A stretch of 63,232 nt of DNA, filler included, from Ionaspis alba (GCA_964255285.1; 5 parts of 5 records of this genome joined end to end with filler, not necessarily neighbours in it), one strand, 5' to 3'. Positions 36,619 to 52,103 are shown, counted from the first letter of the whole stretch. A program made the numbers and translations. The notes: generated from the letters alone by a model not told the origin.

Positions 36619-37113
36619 CTAAATCACTCTTAGCTTGCATAGTGGCGTACACGTCCGTGTGATAAGCCTCGACACATAGTCATACTTTCCCATAGGCCGG
36701 CATCGTGCCAGAGGACACCATAACTCTCTTTTCATCCCTGATATCTCCACTGGATAGCCGTTACGGGTTTGCACGCCCTCGCTCTTCAATAGGAGTTTTA
36801 CCATGGACGTGTTGCCCAAGTCAACAGCCACAGAGCTGCATCCCGTTATCTCACAAAATCGGACCATGTCACAAATTGCCTCGTAAATAGCAAAATCTGA
36901 CCGGGTGCAGCCGTGTTTGTTCTTGATACAATGATTGGCACCATTTGCCAACAAACGCAAAACAACATTTATATCTTTGATCTCAAGAGCCATGTCAAAC
37001 CTTCGAACAAATCCTTTCTCGTAGTACTTGCGTCCAGCTGACTCCATATACATCATCACCATCATGTCCAATAATACCGTTGACACCAAGCTTCCAAGCA
37101 TATAACCATGCAA
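36619..37113 (-). pseudogene. Degenerate ankyrin-repeat fragment
   Basis: VVLRLLANGANHCIKNKHGCT and AVDLGNTSMVKLLL resemble ankyrin repeats, but the TPLH cores are broken. Confidence 0.45.
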
Positions 37114-37250
37114 TTAATAAGACCTCCCGACAGACGCAAAAAGCCAAATTCCAACGTTCGGGCATTATAGTAAATCTCCTTGTGTATTCCTTCCTTCGAC
37201 CCTACCCTTTCGTCTCTTCCAACTCAACACTACATACCATTCCTTACCAA

Positions 37251-37964
37251 CTACTTCAACCTCGACTCCACAAACGCCGCAGCAGCCGTATCATACTTCT
37301 GCGCATAATCCAAATGCGCCTGCAAATCGAAACCCTCCGAGCAAAACGGATCACCCGCATCACAAAACGCATGTATAACCGAGTTGTAATGAGCACAAGA
37401 CTGAGAAGGGAGCTTGCGAGGGAAAAGCTATCACAAACCATCCGTCAGTAACCAGCCTTTTCTCGCGACATCAAAGCAATTGGGGAGGCTTGGGGAGAGG
37501 GAGACATACACCATGATGCGTCGACGTCCCATCATCATACGGCTGCCCCGTAATATGTCTCGGATCTCCATACTGCACAACCGCCACGACCTTATCCCCC
37601 ACCGCCTGACTTATCGGCGGCGTCTCCGGCCCCAGGCCAAGCTGCCCTCCGCCTCCACACAGCGAATCCAGCAATATGTGCGCCCCCTGCGAGTATCCGA
37701 GCATCACCACCTTGGATGCCGGGCAACGCGCGACATAGGCGGACAGTTGTGCCGTCACGGCCAGCGTGCCGGCGTGGGAGCTGTCGTCGTAGGGAAAGAG
37801 TTGCGCGGGGTAGTCGATGGATTCGAGGTCGGCGTCTGGGTGTGAGGCTTGGATGAGGGTGGCGAGGGAGGCGAGGATCCCGGGGCCAGGGGATTCGGTG
37901 CTGCCTCGTGCGGCGATTATGTGGATGGGGGCGCAGGTGCTGGCGGTGGTGGTGGGGGGTGGGA
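37251..37964 (-). CDS. CE5 cutinase/acetylxylan esterase, 5' end lost in gap
   Basis: IHIIAARGSTE, GYSQGA nucleophile elbow, YGDPRH and FCDAGDPFC..H. One intron near 37430-37510. Confidence 0.9.
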
Positions 37965-38064
37965 NNNNNNNNNNNNNNNNNNNNNNNNNNNNNNNNNNNN
38001 NNNNNNNNTTAATTAATTAANNNNNNNNNNNNNNNNNNNNNNNNNNNNNNNNNNNNNNNNNNNN
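37965..38064. other. Assembly gap with artificial linker
   Basis: N run containing TTAATTAATTAA. Confidence 0.95.
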
Positions 38065-38147
38065 AGCACGATAGCGAATCTAAGAGAATGTACGGGAAAA
38101 GGTATCACGGCGCTCAACAGACTACTTTCAGAAGACCCTCCTACGCA

Positions 38148-39745
<1,598 letters not shown>

Positions 39746-40658
39746 GGCTGTTGTACACGTGCTTTCCCCCTAAAAGTTTGAAGTGTGGAATATTATGATC
39801 GCTCTCGAGCGTTGGTCAATCGAGGATGATGCGGATCCACAATTGATCTATAATGTTTAATTGACGACTTCGGGGACCTTGATCGATGGCTCACTCAGCT
39901 CGGGAGAGTCGTACAGGTTGAGGTTGTGAAGTACCATGGAACTTTCCTCTCCTTCCCTGTTCTGGGCCTCGTTTGGAAAATCGTCATCAATGCCAAGCTT
40001 CTATCCTTGGACCCTTGTACGCGCACGTGTTTATTGACCTTTAGCCCTACCCTGCATCATTTTCTCTAATAATTATTATTGCGGAGGACGATCCTGAACT
40101 GCTGTTGCAGGGAGCATTGTCTCGTCCTTGACCGAGATCTGGCGCAGAAATGTAATAATATCATGTTCATGGACTCGAAGGCAACGTTTCGGCGAGAATA
40201 ACGTCACAACAGGGGTTGGCGTGAATGCTTTTCCGTTGAACAAGGACTTCTTCGTGCCTTCTTCAAGGATTTGTTACACATCTCCTAGGGAAGATCCAAG
40301 AGCAGGAATCCTTCTCGTCAGAATGATAAGCAAGCCACGCTGCATGTTGTTCAAGATGGAATAGCTGATGACGCAAAATGTATTAGATATAGTAAATTAA
40401 ATGTAGAACTTGTCTAGGAAAGCTGTGTTGGACTCGGCCTCGCACGACATCTTTGCCTCCTGACACGATGCCGCCCAGACGTAGAATTTCATAATTATGT
40501 CTTGTCAGAGCGAGGCAAGAGAACCACACAAATAGTAGGTCATAATCGCGGGGTAATTCCGCCTTCATGTCGGATTCCTGATACATAAAGGCGCTTCACT
40601 CCTGACCTAGACTTTGACCATTTTAAAGACATTCTGTCGGATTGTCTATATCGAAAAC

Positions 40659-42007
40659 ATGCCCTATTCTTTGAAAGGTAGGAATGTGCTGGTGACCGGA
40701 GGCTCTAGGTTTGTGACCCTTCAATAGTCAATATTAAAGAGCTTCCACCTCGGTTCGAAGAAATGTTGACGAACCACAGAGGCCTTGGTGCTCTCGTAGC
40801 AGAGAAATTCGCTGCTGAAGGAAGCAATGTTGCTATCAATTATGTGACCAATGCAGAACGGGGGAATGAGACCGCTGAGAAGATTGAGAAGGAATTCAAG
40901 GTGAAGACGATGGTAATTCAAGGGGTATGATCAGTCTGCAGGCATTGTTACACGGTTATCTCTGGAACGCGGTTAACGGGTAGTGTATTAGGATATGGGT
41001 GTATTGAAGGACTGCCAGAGAGTGGTGAAGGAAAGTTTGGAAGGATTGGGGGGACTGGACATTATTGTTTCGAATGCGGTATGCAGCTTATCTCTCCAAA
41101 TGTCCAAGGATGCGGGCCGTGTGATGAAGGTGGGCGGTTTGGACGTAGGGGATAGCTAATGGGCATCACAGGGATGGACCAAAATTAGCGACTTTGGCGA
41201 CCTACATGCCTTGTCAGAGGAAGAGTGGGATAAGGTATTCTACTGTGTCGGATGTGCTGGCGTGGGGAAAGCTGACGGGCACCAAGTGCTGGGCGATCAA
41301 CGTCAAGGGCAACATGCACCTACTTCGAGAGGCAGCACCAACTTTCAACGCCAACAAAGATGGTGGTGTTTTCTTAATCACTTCGTCTATAGCGGTACGA
41401 CTATCCATACAAAGTAAGACGGGGCGATTGTTGATGTTGCGAAGGGTGTTACACCAGCTGGAAGTACCATGGCATACTCTGTAACAAAAGCAGCCGGTGA
41501 GCATCTGCCTCGTGGTGCGCCGTTGCGGCCGTGGTTGACCGGTGATGGAAAGGCTTGCATTTGATGAAATGCCTCGCATCGACGCAGGGCCCAAAGATTC
41601 GTGTCAACGCAGTTCTTCCTGGCCTTCTGTTAACAGAATGGGTATGCTCCTGTACTTCTCAAGACATCCTGAAGGACCAATCTCATGCTGTGAAGGGTGC
41701 CCAATTCAGTCCGGAGCGAGTCAAAATGATGCAGGACCGAGCAGTACTGAAGCAGGAGGTTCGTAGACTCTTAGCGGAGTTGTGACCTGTCCTAATGATG
41801 CATAGACGTTACTTGATGATTGTGCCGACGCATTCGTTGCCGCTGCAAAGGTATAGCGCTATCGATTGCGGTATACTATATAGCTAACAGCTTTGTGTCA
41901 TGTAGAACACGTCTATGACGGGACAAAACATCCAGATAGGTGTGTTCATATAACTCTTTTCGAGGACCGTATCTGATAATGTTTTAGACTCGGGGTTGAA
42001 GATATAG
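40659..42007 (+). CDS. Short-chain dehydrogenase/reductase, about 11 exons
   Basis: VLVTGGSR|GLG, SNAG, YSVTK (YxxxK) and IRVNAVLPG spread over short exons with GT-AG introns. Confidence 0.88.
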
Positions 42008-42236
42008 TAACGTTGCTTCGACTGATACGGGCAAGGTCGGAAGATTCGCCCGAAGGTCCAGGTATTGGAATGCTGATTCCATCCATGGACCAGTGCTCAT
42101 GACTCTCACAGAGCAGGGCTATGACTTTAGCTTGTCTCTTGAGCCATTTTTTGATCAGATTTGCGTCCTTGTACAGGCAGAGATCCTCTGAATGCACGAC
42201 CTGATTGGACTATTGCGGCGAAGCAGTAAAGAGAGA

Positions 42237-43513
42237 TCATTCGATTTTGGCTGTTTCCCAGTCCAAAGCGGTGCTTGCTGCTTGTTCTTTCGCACCTTCC
42301 ATGATGATCTTTTGTGCGCAAATAATCTTTCCATCTACTGTTGGGATATAGACGCATGAATCTTTGCCTGGTAGAGTGGTCGTTGCCTTACCAGGCGGTG
42401 CCTCGCCCGTGGTTCCCTGTGATTCGTGAAAGCCTGAAGACCAGATTAGACGTTGTGCCTTTCCTTGATGCCTTGTAGTCTCCACCATGTTCCACAGCGG
42501 CCCAATGACACGGTGCTTGAGCATAATGTCGTCAGCTGTCCATGTTTTCCAGTCAAGACGGCGCTTGTCAGGCATGACTTTTGGAGCTCGTCTTCGCAGT
42601 CCTGAGCTGTTACCTATAAGATTCGGTTGAAAGCTTTCATATGGAGGTACGAAGACACGATCTCGAAGTCCCTGAATAAGCATATCTGCCGCCTTGGGTG
42701 TTACTAAGTCAAGGAGCTCTGGGACGGTGCAACTATCTGAATGAGGAATGCTAAACCCTGGCTTAGGGGTCTGCAGTAGTATGGTTCCTTGGTCAAAGTA
42801 CTTTGGATGTAGGGTCTGTAGAGTGACTCCCGTTGTCGTACATCTGTTAAGTAGTGTATGATGCAAAGGAGCTGCGCCACGGAAACTACAGTCGATAAGA
42901 ATTAATAGTCGTAATCACTTCTGTCGAGAGGCTTACTTACTCTGGCAGCATCGAAGGATGGACGTTTAGCCCACCATACTTGGCAGCTCTAAGAACTTTA
43001 GGAGGCACCTTCAGACCGAACGAGACAGCAATTATTAAATTGATCGGGTGCGCAGGCCTCGGTGACTGCAGTGCTTGTTAGAACTTGTCAAAGCCTCTCG
43101 AAACATGTATCTCACCTGCCAGTTCGTAAAATCATCGATCTGATGCAAAGGCAATGCAAGCTCCCTTGCCGTTGCAGCAATTGGCACTGGGAGACACATG
43201 AAAGACAGAACCTTGACCATTTGAAAATGTTCATGATCATACCTTCTCGAACATTCTTCAGGCCTCTTCCGGTGCGTTTGCTGGGCCGGCATACCACATC
43301 GATCGATCGAATTAGATGTCGATCTTGTAAATACTCATTATGCAATGCCTTCAACGACGCTATACTGAACTCATCAGAGCCGCAAAAAAGGATCCTTAAT
43401 GGATCGCAAGTTTTGGTGCTAACGAGACGCCTCCTGTTGCAGGTCCTTGATAGGTTTGGAAACTGGTATTTGTAAGCTCGATTAAAAATATCTGCCCTTC
43501 GGAAGAGACCCAT
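42237..43513 (-). CDS. FMT1: Mitochondrial methionyl-tRNA formyltransferase
   Basis: LRILFCGSDEFS, GGLNVHPSMLP, FRGAAPLHHTLL and TGVTLQTLHPKYFDQG. Three introns. Confidence 0.92.
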
Positions 43514-43823
43514 CAAATCGTGTCTATATCCAATACCATAAATTTTCCTAACAGCCGGTTCGCCTTTTCAATACGCTGGAACGCGGCTATAATAAGCGCG
43601 CGACTACAGGAATCCTAGAAGCAATCTTGGCCCGACATGTGAACTCAAGAGGACCCAACAACGAGGAACAACTCAGATCATCATCAATAGTACGCTCACT
43701 CTTCGACGAAGTAAGGAAGTCAATCCATCGCCAAAATCGCAAGAAACCATCTTTGAAGCTTCCAATTTCCTTATCTACTGCTTCATTGTGCCAAACAGGA
43801 TGAAGCACTGGGGCATGTTCTAG

Positions 43824-44603
43824 ATGGACTCCGAAGAAAGCCAACCACTCCTGCAGGAGAGGCATCGCGAGCAGTGCGGCATCGAAAGCGGTCGTGTGCA
43901 CAGATTTCTCTCCTGGCTAGACCCCGATAAACATGACTACCATCATACTCCTCGCGAAAGGGTGCAGCATATTTTATCCTCGAAATTAGGACACTACTTG
44001 GTTCTGTTACTGGTATCTGTAGACGTGAGCTGCATATTTGCTGATTTTCTTATCAAACTTTACGTCTGCGATCACTCTTGCAAGGAAGAGGAAGAAGTTT
44101 CTGGCACCTTAGGGGACGTTCAGGATGCTCTTGGTATTGTCAGCTTGGTGTTCAGTTGTCTGTTTGTGCTTGAGTTACTGGTTAGCGTATGGGCGTTCGG
44201 CATCAAGTAAGCTTCCATTTCAAAATTCAGTTGTGATGAGTTACATTGGCCTTGTTTGCGGAGCCTGTCACCAGTTGTTTTCCTCAGCCTCGAAGCAGCA
44301 ACATCAGGACACGCTAAGAGCCTTGATAGCTATTTCAAATCCCGCTTCCACTGCTTTGACGCCACTGTCATCGTCGCGGGCTTCATCATTGACGTATGCT
44401 TGAAAGGGGTTCTGGAAGAAGTAGGATCTATTGTAGTGGTCCTCCGGCTCTGGCGCGTATTCGAGATCATTGAGGAGTTCAGCGCAGCGGCCGAGGAGGA
44501 GATGGACGACCTTAGTGAACGAATCGAACAACTTGAGGCTGAGAACAGGGCATTGAAGCAGGAATCGATGATTCGCCACAGAAACTCCTTCGGTGACCAT
44601 TGA
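43824..44603 (+). CDS. Voltage-gated proton channel Hv1-like
   Basis: S1 LVLLLVSVDV (selectivity Asp), S2 FSCLFVLEL, S3 HCFDATVI, S4 LRLWRVFEIIEE and a C-terminal coiled coil. Intron 44207-44329. Confidence 0.88.
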
Positions 44604-45545
44604 TATTGAGAGTGGAGAGTGAAGAGTCAACCAATGAGCTTAAGCTCGTATCCTCAATGCATGAAGATCTAAAGTGCTAAGAGTTTCAGACACAACATTA
44701 TTTTCCCAACCTTTGGCTTTCACGCGAAATCATCGCTTCTCTAATGGCTGAAATGTGGCTGCTAGCAACATGTCCGTTTGAGGACAGTTGGTGATGAAAT
44801 GAGCATGGGAGAATTCTTTTGGAATTGTTCAGCTTGTGGCTTAGCTTGCTTTCCTTGCAGTTGAGCATTACGCAGCCGGCCGAAGAGATGGCTGACTATA
44901 ACGGTGGATCGGGACTAGAAGTGAGGCTTAGTCGGCGAGGCTCTGGGTGGCTACTTCTGCAACGAAAATCACGATCAGATTATGACCACCTTTGTTGTCG
45001 CCAGGAGAGATCAGACAAGAGTCCAGATTTGGCGCTTGTCTTGAGTTTGTGTATGAATGAGGTTGCTGCGCTAGAATTGTAAATAGAACAACACCGGAGA
45101 ATTATACAATCTAGACTTTCTCTGGTCTTTAGTGTTGTCTATAAGCTCATAAGAAGGGGTAAACGTCAAATAGGCAGCGATGACCGCGAGCATCCCTGGA
45201 TTTGAGATCTGACCTGAGAACTACCGGATTCGGCTTAATGCCATTGCGCTCAAGGTTCTTCACCAGCAGCGTCATCAGAGAATCTTAACCCACGCGACAA
45301 GCTAGATCAAGTTCCACACACTACTTGTACAAGCCAGATTATCCCTAACTCCTTCTCTCTCGCGCTACAGTCATCGGGACGCTTAGATACGCTCTTCTCC
45401 ACTCCTCCCCCTTAACAACATCCTTCCACGACTTCAAATCCTAGAATTGTAAAAAATACGGATTTCCAATCATTTCCAGTGCGCCGTCCTCCGAACACAT
45501 CTTCAGACTGGCAAAGAGCTTGGAGACAGTCAATAGCCGGCAACT

Positions 45546-47442
45546 ATGGGTCAAACCCTATCGGAGCCGATTGTGGAGAAGGTTCGTGAAATTTTCTCCT
45601 TGACCCGAAACCCTCCTCAACGAGAATTGGCATTGGTCTTCAGATAATGGGAAGCGGCACAAAATGTTACCTGTGTCAGCGAAATAGCCAGTATCAATGA
45701 AACCTCATGAAGAAAACATAAACTGATCTGGAGTTGCCCGGCAGACATCGGACGAAGGCCAGGATGACCGTGTCGCCTTCGGAGTGTCGGCCATGCAGGG
45801 GTGGCGTATCAGCATGGAAGACGCTCACGCAGCAGTCCTCGATTTACAAGTGGAGAAAGGAGGCAAAGACTTTTCAGCGGCCTCCGTGGAAGATCGATTG
45901 AGTTTTTTCGGCGTCTACGACGGTCATGGGGGTGACAAGGTGGCGATATATGCAGGGCAAAACATACATAAGATTGTCGCGAGTCAAGAGACTTTCAAGA
46001 AAGGGGACTTTGAACAGGCGCTCAAGGATGGGTTCTTGGCTACGGACCGGGCTATACTGAATGGTATTATCTGCTAGCTGTTTTGTGAAGAGTCGTCATG
46101 CTGATTTTTGGCGCTAGACCCCAAGTACGAAGAGGAAGTTTCTGGATGCACAGCTTCTGTTGCCCTCATATCGCATACAAAGATATATGTTGTACGTATT
46201 GGACGCTCGATCTCAATATGTCGAGTCCTCCAATATCGGAACGTTCCGTTGACCTTCTCGATAGGGAAACGCCGGCGATTCGCGGTCTGTACTTGGCGTG
46301 AAAGGTCGAGCAAAGCCATTATCGTTTGACCACAAGCCTCAGAACGAAGGTACGTGCTCTTCTGTGGTCGTCGGATTTCTAAGGATCTAACGATTGGACA
46401 GGTGAAAAAGCCAGAATTTGTGCTGCAGGCGGTTTTGTCGACTTTGGTCGCGTGAACGGAAACCTTGCTCTGTCTCGGGCAATCGGCGATTTCGAGTTCA
46501 AGAAGAGCGCGGAGTTGTCACCAGAGCAACAGATTGTGACGGCATTCCCTGATGTTGTGGCACATACGATATCTGACGATGATGAGTTTCTTATCATTGC
46601 TTGCGACGGTAAGCTGCCTCGTCATGATCGGTGATGGTTTTCAACATGGACTGATTACCATATCCTCAGGTATCTGGGATTGCCAGTCTTCTCAAGCGGT
46701 CGTGGAGTTCGTCCGAAGAGGGATCGCCGCGAAGCAAGAGCTCCATAAAATCTGCGAAAATATGATGGATAATTGTCTTGCATCGAACAGCGACACTGGT
46801 GGCGTTGGCTGCGATAACATGACCATGATCGTCATTGCTCTTCTCAGGGGCAAAACCAAGGACGAATGGTACAAGGAAGTTGCAGACCGAGTTGCGAAAG
46901 GCGATGGGCCTTGTGCACCGCCAGAGTACGGCAAGTCTGATCATCCCTAGATGAGTCCGGGCCGAGATTAGGAACATCGACTGACCTCTTCCGTTGTTGC
47001 AGCCGAACATAGAGGTCCTGGTATGAGACAGGCACAGTTCGACGACAGCGGAGATGACTACGATTTGGACTTGGATCAACGAACTCGAGGAATGATGGGT
47101 GGACGATCGGGACGAATCATACTGTTAGGGGATGGAACGGAGGTTCTGACAGACAGCGATGAGCAAGAAATGTTCGATCACGAAGAAGAGGACAAAGATT
47201 TGGACAGCCAAGTCAGCAAAAGTCAATCCGAACGCGAAGGCACTCCTGGTCCTACTTCCGAAAAGGTTGGTGAAGTCAGTCACACACCAGAATCCACGAA
47301 CAACGGAGATCCCTTTGACTCGCCATCATCGACCACTACCGAGAAATCACTTACATCGGAAAATCCTAAGACGTATAAGAAAGCAGCAGGAGACAGCGCA
47401 CTGCCGGAGAAACTGGATACATCGGTCGCCGGGAAAGCATAG
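45546..47442 (+). CDS. PTC2: Protein phosphatase 2C (Ptc2/Ptc3 type), multi-exon
   Basis: [47 protein letters not shown] and GCDNMT motifs. Confidence 0.93.
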
Positions 47443-49474
47443 ACTACTACAATTGGGCGGGGATAAACATCGTGCTTGGAACTCTTTTATTTGTGCTTTC
47501 CACCCCCAGCCTTGGAATCCGAGGTGGAAGGCTCTTACGTGGTATGATGGGCCATGTATCTGTGTGCAATGCTAGCATCGCTGCTGCATGAGTGTATCCT
47601 GCATTTGGTCCGAGAGGGGCGGGAGGCATCGGGTTCTGAGTGTGTTTCATGATTTATGCAAAGTCGCGGTTGTGGCGACTACCTCGTTCTAGAGCGGCTT
47701 GTTTATACCCGAGCATTGAAATGAATCGTCAGCTCTTGTGTTTCCCTTGCTGGTGAGGCCAACAGAGAGTGTTTGGCCACTAGAAATCGCACATATCGTG
47801 AGTTGTAGGAGTATAGGAAGGTATTTTCAGGTATATCCCTGGCCTCTTGCTCTGCTCTCGTTTTTCGGGAAATACATTATATCGGTTGTGCTGTGTATGG
47901 TGATTCTTGCACGTCGAGTACTTGAGCAGATGATTTAAACATGTAAATCACCGTGCTCGCTGCTCCCTCGACACACTCAAGAGGCAAAAGTATATCTGCA
48001 TAGCTGCGTAGCTGCCTCGCAGTCAAGACGCTGCATTTGGGCGCCTGTAGCACATAACTCTACGCACTAGCTTCAGCACCATGGTTGAGATAACAGTCAA
48101 ATACGGAAACAGTCGACTTAAGGATCTCACCTGCATCAGCTATATTGCTGTGCCGCTTCGTGCTTTGCAGCTGTATGCACATAGCCCACAAGTGAGAAAT
48201 AGCTCAACCATCAACTCCATTCTATATCCTGGTACTGGACACTTCCCACCATGGTAAGGTAGCCAACTCTATGCGTAGCCAACGTGCCCTAGCAACGTGA
48301 TGAAAAAGACTGGGGTACATAACAATAACGGTTGGACCTGCACAATGTTATTGGTGGCTGTCCCTGGCTCAGATATCGTAAACCTCTGATTTGTCTGAAT
48401 TAAGAATTAAAGAAAATGGCGCGGTGCCCAACAACCCTGGCGTGCATTTCCTCGAAATACAGGAATTAACGGGCCATTGACGACCGTGCATGGAAGGCCT
48501 TGGCGGCATTCCCGTGATCTCCGGCCGCGCCCCGGTGGAAGCCACAGCTAGCTCGGCTGGTAGTGTCCCCGGGGGGCTTGCTTGTCCCTCGCTTTCTTCC
48601 TTCCCTATTCTCACCCCGTGGCTTGTCATCCTCACCGTGGTTTGCGTGTCCATACTTCACTCACTCACTCCTGCCTCTCCCATCCCTCTTCCTCCTCCTC
48701 CTCTCCATCTATGAAAGTGACATCTCCAATAACGACAGGCTTTCCTTAGACTTGGGGTTGTGCTCCTTCGTTATTCAGCTTTCACGGTTGGTCACTGGCG
48801 GAGTTGTAGCTCGACAAGATCTAGAACGGCTTTGTCTCTCCTTTTCCACATTCAGCGCAATCTCCGCCAATCATCCCCCACCGACCTTTTTTTCCCTATT
48901 GGCGCTACCACGAACCCGGTCTTCGATCTTTTCCCTTCGTCGCGACCTCTCACATAACCATTTCAACGTCAACGTCAGCCGTCACACGATTTCAGCTGTC
49001 ATACACAAGGTCAAACCGAGGCATTGAAGGGGTATTGTCGCGGGTGGTTTGGGATTTGCGCTGTGGACGGGAGGTCCCGGTGCTGAAAGGAGCTTGACTC
49101 GTGAGTTTAGTCCAGTACGATGTACTCCGTGACCTCCGAAGAAGCAAACCACGAAAAACACGTCTCCCTTTACCATCCTCCATCGGGGTACATGAACCAC
49201 GATTCCATGTCGCCGCCGTCGAACTATCCCCGCTTTCCTTTCCTCCGTTCTTCTCTGTACATGTGAAGACTCGTTCATGCCTTGATTCGGGCCTTATTGA
49301 CGTTTGAATGGTGAATTCACAGCTACCCGACGAGACACCCTCTTTGATTCCGAAACGCCAACACAGATTACTACCACTACCATTCTTGCGGACTGCTCAC
49401 TACATCCCACATTCTCTCTTGAGGCTCTCTACGAATATTGACCTCTCCCTTTTCCTTCGGACACAGTGTTCAAC

Positions 49475-50606
49475 ATGGCGTCCTCGTCGTCGAACGTGGT
49501 GGGGGTGCATTACCGGGTCGGCAAGAAAATTGGCGAGGGTTCCTTTGGTGTAATATTCGAGGGCACAAATCTTCTCAACAACCAGCAGGTTGCGATCAAA
49601 TTCGTACGTCTACTTCGATGGTCTGGGAACTAGAAGCAACGTCTTGAGCTGACTGTTATGCTTCTAGGAACCGAGGAAGAGTGATGCTCCACAATTGCGG
49701 GATGAATACCGGACATATAAAATACTCGTTGGATGCCGTCAGTCTCCTCAACCAAACCATGATGCTACTACCATGCTGATAGTATCGTAGCGGGAATACC
49801 TAATGTCTATTACTTCGGCCAAGAAGGTCTACACAACATCCTGGTCATTGACCTCCTCGGACCTTCTCTCGAAGATCTTTTCGATCACTGCAATCGAAGA
49901 TTCTCTACAAAAACTGTCGTTATGGTGGCTAAACAAATGGTACGCATTTGTCACTCCTAAATACACAATGCAAAACATATTTACTGATGTGGTGCTTCTT
50001 CTAGCTTTCGCGAGTTCAAACCATACACGAAAAGAATTTAATATATCGAGACATCAAGCCAGACAACTTCCTCATCGGTCGACCAAACTCCAAGTCGGCA
50101 AATGTCATACACGTGGTGGATTTTGGCATGGCCAAGCAATATAGAGATCCCAAGACAAAACAACACATACCATACCGAGAACGAAAATCTCTATCTGGTA
50201 CCGCTCGTTACATGAGTATCAATACTCATCTTGGTCGGGAACAATCACGGAGGGACGACCTGGAAGCGCTGGGACATGTGTTCATGTACTTTCTACGAGG
50301 TGGTCTTCCGTGGCAAGGACTCAAGGCTGCAACGAACAAGCAGAAGTACGAGAAGATTGGTGAGAAAAAACAGACGACAGCCATCAAAGATCTATGCGAT
50401 GCATTTCCAGGTACAATTCTTTATTGAAATGACCGAAGAACCGCGGTACTAACAAGACCTTCAGAAGAGTTCAACAAATACCTCAGCTATGTACGAAACC
50501 TCGGCTTCGAAGACACTCCCGACTACGACTACCTCCGCGACCTCTTTACCCAAGCTCTCAAGAATACCGGCGAAGTCGAAGACGGCGAATACGACTGGAT
50601 GAAGCT
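49475..50606 (+). CDS. Casein kinase I, Yck/Cki (gamma-like) type; 3' end lost in gap
   Basis: [58 protein letters not shown] and [10 protein letters not shown], which runs into the Ns. Confidence 0.95.
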
Positions 50607-50706
50607 NNNNNNNNNNNNNNNNNNNNNNNNNNNNNNNNNNNNNNNNNNNNTTAATTAATTAANNNNNNNNNNNNNNNNNNNNNNNNNNNNNNNNNNNNNN
50701 NNNNNN
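50607..50706. other. Assembly gap with artificial linker
   Basis: N run containing TTAATTAATTAA. Confidence 0.95.
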
Positions 50707-51280
50707 CCCCCTTTTCCTCCCCACTCACCTCAACACGCCAACCTGTACAACGACCAGGTCAGAGCCCGCCACTTACATACAACGGATCAAAACAGTCTCC
50801 GCCCTCCGCGACCTCAAATACCTCCTCGAATTCCCCAGCACCACCCCGGCCGTCGGCCGCTTCCTCGTCAGCCAGCTCTACGTCGACAGCAAAGACCCCT
50901 CCAACGCAACCATCCTCGCCTCCGCCGGTCTTCTCCCCTCCTCCAAAAAGCGCAAACCCGTTCCCCCCTTCCTGCACGTCTCCGACTACACCGGCGAAGG
51001 CGGCTGGCGCCATCGTCTCGCGTCCAAGCAGCAGAGCCGTCGTGATCTGGGGCATCGAGTTGTGATGGCGCTGTTTGGGGGGATTGTGGTGGTGGGGCCG
51101 ATGCTGATTATGGTGTTGAGGAGGGATCAGACGACGTCGTTGGTTACGACTTCGGTGTTTGTGGTTGCGGTGGGGTTGGTGTTGGCGTGGTTTATGAGGG
51201 AGGCGGAGAGGAAGGATATTTTGACTGCTACGGCGGCTTATGCTGCTGTTTTGGTGGTTTTTGTGGGGGCCAATGGATGA
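50707..51280 (+). CDS. 3' part of a fungal membrane protein (DUF6594-like three-TM C-terminus)
   Basis: RVVMALFGGIVVVGPMLIM..TTSVFVVAVG..ATAAYAAVLVVFVG. The 5' end lies in or beyond the gap. Confidence 0.7.
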
Positions 51281-51789
51281 GAGGGAGGATGGGAGGGGAA
51301 CGGAGCTGGGGTGGGTGGAATGCTTCTGCGCTCAAACGTTCATGCTTTACAGATGACGATCGAAACTATGGTAAGCGTCAGGCATGGTGATCTCTTTCAG
51401 TACGCTTATGTCGATAATCATGTGGCCTTTCTTAGAGCTATCTAGTAAAATCTGGCGAGCATGAGCAGCCTGTTGCTGGAATAGAGTCTTGTAGCAATGG
51501 CGTGTTAGCAACTATAAGCTTGATACGAAGCCCGAATCCCGACGGCCGATTGCGGTATGATCAATGCTCCGTAGTGATGAGAGAGGATGTTATGCTACAA
51601 ACCATTGAGCGGAGCGTACCATTCCTTTTGGCCTCGAAGGATCTCGATGACTGGCATGGTGAGACGGAAATAGAAAGAAATCCCACTTATGTAGGCGGGA
51701 AGTGCAACCGAATGAATGGAACGCCAAGCCGACGCAGCGCTTTCCATACGCTAAACCATATTCGGCGTACTAACACTCCATGTTCACAT

Positions 51790-51810
51790 ATAGCATAGCA
51801 TAGCATAGCA
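51790..51810. repeat. (ATAGC)4 microsatellite
   Basis: ATAGCATAGCATAGCATAGCA. Confidence 0.8.
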
Positions 51811-52103
51811 CATCCCAGCATCTCCCACCTCCGATCTGATTTTCATTTTCATATTCATGTGCAAATAAGACATTACAGTAGCTCGCTCACGTGCCCAACC
51901 AAGCAACATCCATTCAGCGCCAATTCTCCCATAAGCAAAGAGCAGCAACTGAGCTGGAAGAAGAGCAGACCGCCAGCCACCCCATGAAATTTAGCAATCG
52001 CAATCGCATTGATCCCAGAACCAGAAATCACAATAGCGACATCGGCACTTGGCGGAAGCATCAGCATGAGCCCCAATCAAACCTCCACTCACTCTAGCCC
52101 TCC

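Noticed and set aside
39756..40029. Two CACGTG E-boxes upstream of PCT1 as Pho4 targets
   Set aside because: The hexamer is common and one copy lies just before the ATG; no further support.
50606..51280. Apparent CK1 fusion to a membrane domain, or a truncated CK1
   Set aside because: The two parts are separated by a linker gap and are best explained as two incomplete genes.
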